Shown here one piece after another: positions 1 through 8,471 of a stretch of 28,402 bases of DNA (position 1 is its first letter; every line of letters begins with the position of its first letter). Below the pieces are notes generated by a model. That model was not told where the DNA came from and did no database searches. It saw only the letters and a program-made list of their open reading frames with translations. The stretch spans positions 1 to 28,402 of the forward strand of contig JBKJJJ010000064.1 in the NCBI GenBank assembly GCA_046598045.1. Direction: 5' to 3'. Source of the DNA: Candidatus Eiseniibacteriota bacterium (GTDB taxonomy: Bacteria > Eisenbacteria > RBG-16-71-46 > DASYSL01). Made by a program: the position numbers and the translations under genes.

Positions 1-70
1 CACGATCCGGAGCGCGCTCGACGACGTGCCGGGCATCGGGCCGGCGCGGCGGCGCGCGCTCCTGATCGTG
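1..70. repeat. 17-bp inverted repeat (one mismatch) flanking an inverted uvrC segment
   Basis: 1-17 cacgatccggagcgcgc versus the reverse complement of 54-70, cacgatcaggagcgcgc (16/17 identical). Confidence 0.9.
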
Positions 71-1716
71 CGCTTGCTGCGCAGCGTGCGGTGGTAGGTG
101 ATCGCGAAGCGGTGGGCCTCGTCGCGCAACCGCATGAGCGAGCGCAGCGCCCACGAGCGCCGCGGCAGCTTGAGTTCACTGCCGTCCGGGCGCACGATCG
201 TCTCCTCGCGCTTGGCGAGGCCGACCACCGGCAGCGTGGCGACGCCCTCGTGACCGAGCCCGAGCAGCGCCTCGCGCGCGGCCCCGACCTGCCCGATGCC
301 GCCGTCGATCACGACCAGGTCGGGCGGCGGCGTGCGGCCGTCGGCGACCCGCGTGAAATAGCGCCCGACCGCCTCGCGCATCATCGCGAAGTCGTCCGGC
401 CCCGGTGTGCGCATGCGCATGCGGCGGTAATCGCTGCGCTTGGGCTGCCCGTTCTCGCTCACGGTCACCGACGCCACCGGCTCGGTGCCCGAGGTGTTCG
501 AGATGTCGAAACACACCACGCGGAACGGCGCGCGATCGAGCTCGAGCGCGCGCTGCAGCTCGTACACGCCCGGCTGATAGCGCACGCGCTTGCCGCCCTT
601 CTTCGCGAGCGCGACTTCGAGCGCGAGCCGCGCGTTCTCTCCCGCCGCCGCGATCACGGTGCGCGCCTTGCCGCGCTTCCCCGACTGGAGCGCGATCGCC
701 CGGCCCTGCGCCGCGAGCGCCTGCTCCAGCAGCGCCTCGTCGCGCGGCTCAAGCGGCAACCACAGCGCCTCCGGCCACGCCTCGGCGCGCAGGTAGCGCT
801 GGAGGATCGCCTCGTGCAGCACGCGCGCCTCGCTCAGCCCGGCAACGCCGCGCATCAGCACGATCTCGCGTCCCGTGACCCTGCCCGCGCGCACGTGCAG
901 CACCGCCAGCGCCGCGCGGTCCCCCTGGCGCGCGAGGCCGAGCGCGTCCGCGTCGTAGGCGCGCGGGCCGAGCACCTTCTGGCCGGCGGCGAGGCGGTCG
1001 AGCAGCGCGAGCCGGTCGCGCCCGAGCGCGGCGTCCTCGTAGCGACGATCGCCGGCGGCACGCGCCATGTCGCCCTCGAGCAACTGCCGAATCTCGTCAT
1101 CCTTGCCCGAGAGCAGCATGCCGAAGCGCTCCGCCAGCGCGCGATGCGCCTCGGGGCTCACACCCCAGCGCGAGTAGCACGGACCGACGCAACTCTTGAT
1201 GTGGTAGTTGAGGCACGGGCGATCGGCCTTGAGGTAGGGCTCGATGTTCGCGCACGTGCGGATCGGGAACATGCGCCGGAGGAAGCGCAGCGTGCGCCGC
1301 AGCGCCTTGACGTCGGTGAAGGGGCCGTAGTAGCGGGCGCCGTCGTCGAGCACGCGGCGGGTCACGAGCAGGCGCGGATACGCCTCGGCGAACGTGATCT
1401 TGACCCAGGGGAAGGTCTTGTCGTCCTTGAGCCGGACATTGAAGTAGGGCTGGTGCTCGCGCACGAGCGTGGCTTCGAGGATGAGCGCCTCGGCCTCGCT
1501 GCCCGTGACGATGATGTCCAGGTCATGGACGACCGCCACCAGGCGGTCGGTCCGCGGATGAGGCACGCGGCCGGCCTGGAAGTAAGAGCGGACCCGCTGG
1601 TCGAGCCGCTTGGCCTTCCCGACGTAGACCACCTTGCCCTGGCGGTTCTTGAAGAGGTAACAGCCGGGGCTCTGGGGCAGGCGTTCGAGGGTGGCGCGAA
1701 CGCGTTCTTGAAGCAA
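1..1716 (-). CDS. uvrC: Excinuclease ABC subunit C, 3' end truncated at the window edge
   Basis: Absent from the ORF track because there is no stop in the window; translated by hand. TTG start at 1716 with AAGGAGG 9 nt upstream. MLQERVRATLERLPQSPGCYLFKNRQGKVVYVGKAK (GIY-YIG), Cys cluster DRPCLNYHIKSCVGPC, RNase H-like VCFDISN and PDLVVIDGGIGQ, then RDEAHRFAITYHR. The first ~63 bases carry the HhH start on the opposite strand (see findings). Confidence 0.97.
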   Translation of the reverse strand, partial: MLQERVRATLERLPQSPGCYLFKNRQGKVVYVGKAKRLDQRVRSYFQAGRVPHPRTDRLVAVVHDLDIIVTGSEAEALILEATLVREHQPYFNVRLKDDKTFPWVKITFAEAYPRLLVTRRVLDDGARYYGPFTDVKALRRTLRFLRRMFPIRTCANIEPYLKADRPCLNYHIKSCVGPCYSRWGVSPEAHRALAERFGMLLSGKDDEIRQLLEGDMARAAGDRRYEDAALGRDRLALLDRLAAGQKVLGPRAYDADALGLARQGDRAALAVLHVRAGRVTGREIVLMRGVAGLSEARVLHEAILQRYLRAEAWPEALWLPLEPRDEALLEQALAAQGRAIALQSGKRGKARTVIAAAGENARLALEVALAKKGGKRVRYQPGVYELQRALELDRAPFRVVCFDISNTSGTEPVASVTVSENGQPKRSDYRRMRMRTPGPDDFAMMREAVGRYFTRVADGRTPPPDLVVIDGGIGQVGAAREALLGLGHEGVATLPVVGLAKREETIVRPDGSELKLPRRSWALRSLMRLRDEAHRFAITYHRTLRSKRTIRSARRRAGPMPGTSSSALRIV

Positions 1717-1753
1717 AGCTTGAAGCCTCCTTGCGAGAGCCCGGTGCGACACC

Positions 1754-1785
1754 AAGCTAGCACAAGGAGATTATTGTCAACAATA
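1754..1785 (-). promoter_or_regulatory. Putative uvrC promoter overlapped by a palindromic operator
   Basis: Minus strand TTGACA (1780-1775), 15 nt, TAGCTT (1759-1754) preceded by TG (extended -10). Inverted repeat TATTGT-CA-ACAATA at 1772-1785. The spacer is shorter than optimal. Confidence 0.55.
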
Positions 1786-1879
1786 GGCGGAATCCCCCAC
1801 CCGGGCCGCCTGGACGCGCGCGACCAACGGCGGGATGTTGTCCGGGCCGCCCCGTCCGAGCCCGGGAGCGGGCAACGGG

Positions 1880-1908
1880 TTGACGGAGACCCGCAAATTG
1901 GCTAAGGT
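1880..1908 (+). promoter_or_regulatory. Sigma70-type promoter of rpsT
   Basis: TTGACG (1880-1885), 17 nt, TAAGGT (1903-1908). SD GGAGG at 1943-1947 before ATG 1954. Confidence 0.7.
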
Positions 1909-1953
1909 GCGGCGGTTAAGTACTCATACTCGTCCCGTTGTCGGAGGCAATCC

Positions 1954-2211
1954 ATGCCGCATCACAAGTCGGCCAAGAAGCGCGTCGGCACCAACGAGAA
2001 GGCCCGCGTGGCCAATCTCGCGGTCAAGTCCCGCGTTCGTTCCGCCGTGAAGAAGGTCCGCGAGGCCAAGACCGTCAAGGACGCGCAGCCCCGGCTCCAG
2101 ACCGCCCTCTCGGTGCTCGACCGCGCCGCGCAGAAGGGCATCATCCCGCGCTCGACTGCGAGCCGCACCAAGTCCCGGCTGACGCTGTTCGTGCACAAGC
2201 TGCCGGCCTGA
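1954..2211 (+). CDS. rpsT: 30S ribosomal protein S20
   Basis: 85 aa basic protein MPHHKSAKKRVGTNEKARVAN...KSRVRSAVKK...LDRAAQKGII...ASRTKSRL, typical bS20; good SD. Confidence 0.98.
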   Translation: MPHHKSAKKRVGTNEKARVANLAVKSRVRSAVKKVREAKTVKDAQPRLQTALSVLDRAAQKGIIPRSTASRTKSRLTLFVHKLPA

Positions 2212-2221
2212 GTTCCGTGCC

Positions 2222-2674
2222 ATGAGGCCCGGGAGGACATCGAGCCCGCGCACCTGCGCCGCGCTCGCCCTCCTGGGCCTCTTGCTGTTCCCCCGCCCCG
2301 CCGCGGCCGACTCGACGTACGTTCTGCCGAATCTCGAGACCCCGCATCCGTCGTACACGCGCTCCTACGTCGCGTTCGGCGCGGGCGTCGCGCTGACCGC
2401 CGGATCGTTCGCGCTTGCCACCTCCGCCGATCGCGCGTACGAGCGCTACCTCGACGCCAGCGACCCGGGTTCGATCAGCGCGGCGTACGACGACGCGCGC
2501 CGCCTCGACCACTGGTCCGCCGGCTTGCTGCTCGCCGGGACGGGCGCGCTCGCGCTCGGCGTGTACTGGCGTTTCATCCATCGCCCCGCCTCCGCACGCG
2601 AGGCCCTGCTCGAAGTCGAACCCACCCTGACTCCGCACCATGCCGGCCTCGCGCTCTCGCTCCGCTTTCCTTAG
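2222..2674 (+). CDS. Hypothetical exported/membrane protein (signal peptide, two Gly/Ala-rich hydrophobic helices, C-terminal beta-strand)
   Basis: 150 aa, 10 nt after rpsT. Signal peptide ending PAAA|DST, hydrophobic segments FGAGVALTAGSFALA and WSAGLLLAGTGALALGVYW, C-terminus AGLALSLRFP. Confidence 0.75.
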   Translation: MRPGRTSSPRTCAALALLGLLLFPRPAAADSTYVLPNLETPHPSYTRSYVAFGAGVALTAGSFALATSADRAYERYLDASDPGSISAAYDDARRLDHWSAGLLLAGTGALALGVYWRFIHRPASAREALLEVEPTLTPHHAGLALSLRFP

Positions 2675-3935
2675 GGGCGCGGCGGCGCTCGCGGCCGCGC
2701 TCGCGGGCCTGGCGCTCGTCCTCGCCGCCTGCCAGGGGCGCCTGCGCTCGAATCCGCTCGACCCGAACAACCCCGACACCGGCGGCGGCCCGACGGAGTT
2801 CGCGGCGGTCGCCGGGAACGGGACGGTCGCGCTGAGCTGGCGCGCCGCGCCGACCAACGTGCAACTCGCCGGCTTCCTGCTCGAGCGCCGGCGCCATGGT
2901 CCGAACGCGTACGTCGCGCTCGGGCCGGTCCTGCCGACCGCGGCATCGAACTTCGACGACGCGACTGTGACCAACGACCTCGATTACGACTATCGCCTCT
3001 CCTATCTGCTGCCCGACGGCTCCGTCTCGGGCACGCCGGTCGAGCGCCAGGCGCGGCCCGGCCAGGAGATCGCGTGGGTCGCGGATCCGGGATCGGACGA
3101 GGTGGTGCGCGTCAGCCCCGACGGCCGCGCGCGCGTGTTCGCGCTCGGCGGGGTGACGGCGGTCAACCGTGTGTCGGTCCAGCTGTCGGGCGGCGAGATC
3201 TGGGCGACCGCGCCGATCGACGGCCGGGTGTGGGTGTTCAATGTCGACGGATCGCCGATCCACTCGTTCAGCGGCCTCGCCGAGCCGAACGCGATCGCGG
3301 TCGATCCGGCCTCGCTGACGGCCTGGATCTGCGAGGAGCTGGGTCCGCGCGCGCGCCGCTGGACCGACACCGGGGTCGAGCAGGCCAGGGTGCCGTCGCT
3401 CGTGCTGCCGACCGACATCGCAGTCACCGTCGGCAGCGGCGCGTGGATCGTGGACCAGGGCCGCGGTTGGCTGGTGCGCGTCAATGCGGGGGGCGCCCCG
3501 GTCGACACCGTCGTGGTCGGGGCGGATCCGCGCCGGCTCGCCGTGGACACGCTCGACGGCTCGGTGTGGGTGTCGCGCACGACCGCGGACGAGGTCGTCC
3601 ACGTCTCGGCCGGCGGTGCGATCCTCTCGCGCACGCCGGGGCTCGAGGGCGCTTACGCGATCGACATCGACGAGTTCAGGAACCAGGTCTGGGTCTCGCT
3701 CGATGGCGCCGGCGCGGTGCAGGTGCTGGCGCGCAGTGACGGATCGAAGAAGTTCCGCGTGGCCGGCCTGGCGCACCCGCGAGGCGTCTCGCTGGTCGAT
3801 CGCACCGGGGAATGCTGGGTGGTCGCGATCCAGACCCACGAGCTGGTGCGCATCGGCTCGGGCGGCGTGATCGAGTCCCGCTACGGCGGCTTCAGCGCCC
3901 CGTTCGACGTGCGCGTCGACCCCGGACCGCGCTAG
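2640..3935 (+). CDS. Lipoprotein with FN3-like domain and NHL/Vgb-like beta-propeller
   Basis: Lipobox LAAC followed by SNPLDPNNP. FN3-like segment (AVAGNGTVALSW...FDDATVTNDLDYDYRL) then ~40-aa repeats (PNAIAVDP, PTDIAVT, PRRLAVDT, PRGVSLVD, PFDVRVD). Exact start uncertain; overlaps the upstream gene. Confidence 0.85.
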   Translation: MPASRSRSAFLRGAAALAAALAGLALVLAACQGRLRSNPLDPNNPDTGGGPTEFAAVAGNGTVALSWRAAPTNVQLAGFLLERRRHGPNAYVALGPVLPTAASNFDDATVTNDLDYDYRLSYLLPDGSVSGTPVERQARPGQEIAWVADPGSDEVVRVSPDGRARVFALGGVTAVNRVSVQLSGGEIWATAPIDGRVWVFNVDGSPIHSFSGLAEPNAIAVDPASLTAWICEELGPRARRWTDTGVEQARVPSLVLPTDIAVTVGSGAWIVDQGRGWLVRVNAGGAPVDTVVVGADPRRLAVDTLDGSVWVSRTTADEVVHVSAGGAILSRTPGLEGAYAIDIDEFRNQVWVSLDGAGAVQVLARSDGSKKFRVAGLAHPRGVSLVDRTGECWVVAIQTHELVRIGSGGVIESRYGGFSAPFDVRVDPGPR

Positions 3936-6740
3936 CTAAAAATTGTAGCCGATGATGAACCGGGCCCGAGTCCTGGGCTCGATCTTGACCAGGTTCGTGC
4001 GCTTGACGAAGTCGACTCGCAACACCGGCCAGTAGCCCCCGCCGATGTAGACCCCCGCCCCCACCCCACCGATGCGTTGGAGCGGCAGGCCGTGGCCCCC
4101 CGCCACCGCGGCGTCCGCCAGCAGCGCGACCGAGACCTGCGGGAACGTGAACGACGCCGGGAACCCGAGCTGCAGATGCCGCAGCAGCGGGAAGCGCAGC
4201 TCAGTCTGCGCGAACGCGGTCTTGGGCCCGAAGATCGTGCGCCGGTCCCAGCCGCGCACGCTGTAGGGCCCGCCATAATAGAAACGCTCCTGGTCGTTGC
4301 CGAACGCGTTCTGGGTCACGAGCCGCGTCGCCCACACCACCTCGGGCAGCAGCGTGACGTACTTGCGCGCGTCGAGCGCCGCGGTGTACGAGTCGCCCTG
4401 GCCGCTCGAAAGGTCGCGCGTGAAGCCGACCGTCAGGTTGGCGCGCTGGCCGCCCGCCGGCCCGTAGTACGTCCAGCGCGCGTCGTCGTGCACGACGGCG
4501 AAGAAATTCGAGAGCAGCCACAGGTCGCGGAACTCGCCGTTGCGCAGCAGGTGGTCCTGCGCATAGCGCAACACGGCGGAGCCCTCGACGCGCGTGAACT
4601 TGTCGATCGGGTATTCCGCGAGCAGCGACCCGCCCACGCGCCGCTCGCGGCGCACGAGGTCGTAATCGCGATCGTACTCGCGCGTGAGTCGGAACGCGCC
4701 GACGCCGTAGTTGAGGCGCTGCCCCCGGTTGAAGTAGGTCACGCCCAGCTCGAAGCCGTCGAGGAAGCTCGACAGCGTCGAGGAGTCGTTCGCCAGGAAG
4801 AACGAGTAGCCCGTGTCGCCGAGGATGTCCGAGAGCGCGATCATCCCGCCCCCGCCCGAGGACCCGAGCGCGGGGTCGAGCGCCACCACGCTCTGCGCGA
4901 TGTCGAGGCCGTAGCGGCGCCGGTAGACCTCGCCGGGCTCCGTCGCGCGCGTGACCGCGGGGGCGCCCAGTCGCGCCGAGTCCGGCGCCTCGGCCAGCCA
5001 CAGGCTGTCGACCGGGGCGACCGGCACCTCGTACAGACCGAACTGCCAATGCGCCTGGCCGGCGAAGAACAGCGCCTTGCCGTCGGGCCGCCACGCGGGG
5101 TCGTAGCTCGGACCGAGGAAGCGCGAGGCGCGCTGCACCTGGCCATCCTTCCACAGCCACAGGTCGTCGATCCCGAGGCGATCGGACAGGAACGCGAGCG
5201 TGCGGCCGTCGGGCGACCACTGCGGGTGGCGGTCGTTCGCCTCGCCCGAGGTGAGCTGTCGAATCGTCCCGGTCTCGAGGTCGAGCGTGAACAGGTGGTA
5301 GTGCCCGCGCGGGCCGCCCTCGCGATCCGAGGAGAACACGATTTCGGGGCGCGTGGGGTGCGCGCCGGGGTCCTCCTCGTCGCTGTCGTCGTGCGTCAGC
5401 GCTCGCATCGCGCCGTCGCTCGCCCGTACGCGGTAAAGGTCGGTGCGGCCGGTCACCGCCTGGCCGGTCACCACGAGCGCGCTGTCCCCCGGCAGCCACG
5501 CCGGCGACGACAGCCCGACGATCCCCGGGAACGACCACGTCGCCACCAGCTCGCGCTTCCGCACGTCGAAGATGTGCAGCACGTCGTTGCCGCCGCGCTG
5601 GGAGACCAGCGCGAGCTGGTCGCGCGCGTTCGCCGACAGGCGGCTGCGGAAGAAGTGAAACGACTCGAACCTGCTCGAGAACCCGCCGCGCAGCAGGCGC
5701 TCGTCGGAGAGCTTCCGCCCGTGCGATTCCGTGCGCAGCCGCAGGTCCACCGCGCCGTCCTCCGCCTTGAGGTAGGCGATGCGCACCGTGGTGTCGCCCG
5801 GCGCCTGGGGCAGGACGCAGGGCGCGAGGTTGTAGGCGTCGGGCCCGACGGTGAGCGGGCGCGCGATCTCGCCCACGGCCCGGCGGGTTGCGACCGCGGG
5901 GTAATAGCGCACGCGCATGGCCTCGAACCATTCCTTGTCCATCTCGTCGATCGGCCGGCCGAACGTCTTCGTCCAGATCTCGGCGAACGTCGGGGCCTCG
6001 GTCCAGTGATCGAACAGGTCGATGACGCGGCGCTTGCCCCCGTTTGCGCGCGCGACGAAGTCGAGGAAAGACTGGCCCTCCTTGTACATCAGGACCGTGC
6101 CCTCGATCGGATCGCTCTTCGTGATCGGCAGCGCCACGCCGGTCACGACCGCGTCCTGCATCAGCCCCTCGGCGGTCGCGTCCCAGGTGGTCGCGATGAA
6201 CTCGGCGAGCCCCTCCGTGAACCACAGCGGCGGGAAGGCGACGCGGTAGTGGTGGTTCGCCTTCTGGACCTGCGCGAGCTTCTCGAGCATGTAGGCGTGC
6301 ACCAGCTCGTGGCGCGTCACCCAGACCAGGCGCGGCGTCGACCCCGTGTGCGGGATCAGGACCCGTCCGCGGATCAGCTCGGTCAGGCCGCCGGTGCCCT
6401 CGCCGATGAAGCCGCCGGCCGCGTTGCTCTGCTGGAACGCCTGGTGGGACGCGTAGGAGAGAATCGGGATGCGCTTGCGCGGCCGCATGCGAAACGTGGT
6501 GTCGTACTCGGCTGCGGTGGACTCGGCGATGGCCGCGACCTCGCGCGCGAGGCCCTCCTCGTCGGAGTAGTAGAACACCTCGCAATGGTCGGTCTTGATC
6601 GAGAACCAGTCGCGGCGATCGTAGGTGACCTTGTTCTTGCCGAAGAAGCCCTGCGCGCGCACGGGGCCCGGGGCGCCCAGCAAGGTGAGGGCCAGCGCGA
6701 GGAGTGGGAGCAGAGCGAAGTGGTGGCGCGAATGCGGCAT
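3936..6740 (-). CDS. Omp85 (BamA/TamA)-family outer membrane protein with N-terminal zinc metallopeptidase (MA-like) and PD40/TolB-like propeller
   Basis: ATG 6740 (MPHSRHHFALLPLLALAL...VRA|QGFFGKNKV). HELVH plus PLWFTEGLAE (HEXXH+E), PD40 repeats (HPQWSPDGRTLAFLSDR, DPAWRPDG), barrel motif GGPYSVRGW, C-terminal beta-signal FIIGYNF. Confidence 0.88.
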   Translation of the reverse strand: MPHSRHHFALLPLLALALTLLGAPGPVRAQGFFGKNKVTYDRRDWFSIKTDHCEVFYYSDEEGLAREVAAIAESTAAEYDTTFRMRPRKRIPILSYASHQAFQQSNAAGGFIGEGTGGLTELIRGRVLIPHTGSTPRLVWVTRHELVHAYMLEKLAQVQKANHHYRVAFPPLWFTEGLAEFIATTWDATAEGLMQDAVVTGVALPITKSDPIEGTVLMYKEGQSFLDFVARANGGKRRVIDLFDHWTEAPTFAEIWTKTFGRPIDEMDKEWFEAMRVRYYPAVATRRAVGEIARPLTVGPDAYNLAPCVLPQAPGDTTVRIAYLKAEDGAVDLRLRTESHGRKLSDERLLRGGFSSRFESFHFFRSRLSANARDQLALVSQRGGNDVLHIFDVRKRELVATWSFPGIVGLSSPAWLPGDSALVVTGQAVTGRTDLYRVRASDGAMRALTHDDSDEEDPGAHPTRPEIVFSSDREGGPRGHYHLFTLDLETGTIRQLTSGEANDRHPQWSPDGRTLAFLSDRLGIDDLWLWKDGQVQRASRFLGPSYDPAWRPDGKALFFAGQAHWQFGLYEVPVAPVDSLWLAEAPDSARLGAPAVTRATEPGEVYRRRYGLDIAQSVVALDPALGSSGGGGMIALSDILGDTGYSFFLANDSSTLSSFLDGFELGVTYFNRGQRLNYGVGAFRLTREYDRDYDLVRRERRVGGSLLAEYPIDKFTRVEGSAVLRYAQDHLLRNGEFRDLWLLSNFFAVVHDDARWTYYGPAGGQRANLTVGFTRDLSSGQGDSYTAALDARKYVTLLPEVVWATRLVTQNAFGNDQERFYYGGPYSVRGWDRRTIFGPKTAFAQTELRFPLLRHLQLGFPASFTFPQVSVALLADAAVAGGHGLPLQRIGGVGAGVYIGGGYWPVLRVDFVKRTNLVKIEPRTRARFIIGYNF

Positions 6741-6757
6741 GGGCTGGGGCTCGCGAC

Positions 6758-7483
6758 TCAGGGCACGAGCGCGTCCTCCAGGGCGTACGTCCCCGGGCGC
6801 GCGGCCGCGAGGAAACGCAGCGCGGCCAGTGCGCCGGCGGCGAACGCGGCGCGGTCGTGCGCCACATGCGTCAGTTCGATCGTCTCGTGGGGTCCGGCCA
6901 GCACCACCGTGTGCTCCCCCACCCACGCCCCGCCGCGCAGCGAGTGCATGCCGATCTCCCCCTTCGGCCGCGGGCCGACGCTGCCCTCCCGCCCCGCGCG
7001 CAACGGCGCGACGTGGCCGCGCGCGTCCTGCACGACGCGCGCGAGCGCGAGCGCGGTGCCGCTCGGGCTGTCGACCTTGGCCGCGTGATGGCGCTCGAGG
7101 ATCTCCACGTCGTAGCCGGGCAGCGCCGGAACCGCCGCGCGGATCGCGCGTGCCAGCGCCGCCATGCCGAGGCTCAGGTTGGGCGCAACCAGCACCGGCA
7201 CCCGGGCCGCCGCGCGGACGAGCGCGGCCTGCGCGGGGGCATCGAGGCCGGTCGTGCCGACCAGCAGGCCCACGCCGCGCGCCGCCGCGAGGTCGGCGAC
7301 CTCGGCCGTGCCCGCGGGCGATGTGAAGTCGGCGATCGCGCGCGCGCCCTGCCAGTCGTCGGCGAGCGTGCCCTGGTCGAGCCGGGCCACCAGCGTGAAC
7401 TCGGGCGCGGCTTCGAGCGCGCGGGCGACCAGCGACCCCATGCGCCCCGTGGCCCCGGCGACCGCCACGGGGAGCGCCGTCAT
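6758..7483 (-). CDS. dapB: 4-hydroxy-tetrahydrodipicolinate reductase
   Basis: ATG 7483 overlaps the dapA stop (ATGA). GATGRMG, GTTG, APNLSLG, EILERHHAAKVDSPSGTA, SLRGG..GEHTV. Confidence 0.96.
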   Translation of the reverse strand: MTALPVAVAGATGRMGSLVARALEAAPEFTLVARLDQGTLADDWQGARAIADFTSPAGTAEVADLAAARGVGLLVGTTGLDAPAQAALVRAAARVPVLVAPNLSLGMAALARAIRAAVPALPGYDVEILERHHAAKVDSPSGTALALARVVQDARGHVAPLRAGREGSVGPRPKGEIGMHSLRGGAWVGEHTVVLAGPHETIELTHVAHDRAAFAAGALAALRFLAAARPGTYALEDALVP

Positions 7484-8373
7484 CGTGCCGCCCCCACCGT
7501 GTCCTTGAGCGGGACGCCCGCCACGCGCGCCGCGTCGCGCAGCGCGCTCGCGGTGGTCGCCTCGACGGGCACGAGCGGCAGCCGCAGCTCGTTCGCCATC
7601 AGCCCCATGTCGCAGAGCAGGCGCTTGACCGGAGCCGGGTTCGACTCCAGGAACAGCGCGCGCATCAGCGGCGTGAGCTGCTTGTGCAGGCGCTCGGCGT
7701 CGACCAGGCGCCCCTCGGAGAACGCATCGAGCAGGTTCTTGAGCGGGCGCGGGGCGACATTGCCGAGCACGGAGACCACGCCGCTCGCGCCGATCGCGAG
7801 CATCGGCAGCGTGAGCGAGTCGTCGCCCGAGAGAATCGTGAGGTCGGTGCGCGCGCGGATCGCGCTCACCTGGTCGAGCGAGCCCGACGCCTCCTTGAGC
7901 GCGACGATGTTCGGCACCTCGGCGAGGCGGACGACCGTGTCGGGGGTCATGTTCGTGCCGGTGCGGCCGGGCACGTTGTACAGGATGAGCGGAATGTCGA
8001 CCGCCTGCGCGATCGCCGTGAAGTGCGCGACCTGCCCGGCGGGCGTGGGCTTGTTGTAGTACGGGACCACAAGCATCGCGCCGTCGTAGCCAAGCGTGCG
8101 CGCCTCGGCCGTGAGCTCGATCGAGTCGCGCGTGACGTTGGTGCCGGTGCCGGCGACGAGGCGGGCGCGCCCGCCGTTCGCGCGCTGAACGGCGAGGTAG
8201 AGCCGGCGACGCTCCTCGCGCGTGAGCGTCACCGCCTCTCCGGTGCTGCCCGCGACCACGAGCACGTCGGTGCCGCCCGTGACGACGTGGTCCACCAGGC
8301 GCTCGATCGCGGCTTCGTCGAGCGCGCCATCCTTGAACGGCGTGACCAGGGCGACCGAAAGTCCCTCGAACAT
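7480..8373 (-). CDS. dapA: 4-hydroxy-tetrahydrodipicolinate synthase
   Basis: ATG 8373 with AGGAGG 7 nt upstream. ALVTPF, GSTGE, PYYNKP, LYNVPGRTG, KEASG, SGDD, ESNPAPVK; adjacent to dapB. Confidence 0.96.
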   Translation of the reverse strand: MFEGLSVALVTPFKDGALDEAAIERLVDHVVTGGTDVLVVAGSTGEAVTLTREERRRLYLAVQRANGGRARLVAGTGTNVTRDSIELTAEARTLGYDGAMLVVPYYNKPTPAGQVAHFTAIAQAVDIPLILYNVPGRTGTNMTPDTVVRLAEVPNIVALKEASGSLDQVSAIRARTDLTILSGDDSLTLPMLAIGASGVVSVLGNVAPRPLKNLLDAFSEGRLVDAERLHKQLTPLMRALFLESNPAPVKRLLCDMGLMANELRLPLVPVEATTASALRDAARVAGVPLKDTVGAAR

Positions 8374-8429
8374 ACGCATGCCTCCTGTTCTTGTCTGGGG
8401 CGGGCCCGGACCTGACCCCATGCGCGCCG

Positions 8430-8458
8430 AGTGTGCTCCCCCGGGGAGGGGGCGTCAA
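8430..8458 (-). promoter_or_regulatory. Putative internal promoter for dapA-dapB-omp85
   Basis: Minus strand TTGACG (8458-8453), 17 nt, CACACT (8435-8430). Confidence 0.45.
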
Positions 8459-8471
8459 TTCTCCAGCTGGG

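Noticed and set aside
91..1905. 604-aa plus-strand ORF
   Set aside because: Antisense shadow of uvrC with no motifs; expected in high-GC DNA.
4077..7088. 1003-aa plus-strand ORF and the 888-aa minus-strand alternative frame (4201-6867)
   Set aside because: Shadows of the Omp85 gene; Arg/Ala/Pro-rich with no domain signatures.
8380..8471. Possible lysine riboswitch upstream of dapA
   Set aside because: Only about 90 nt of intergenic space including a promoter-like sequence; too short and no recognisable L-box core.
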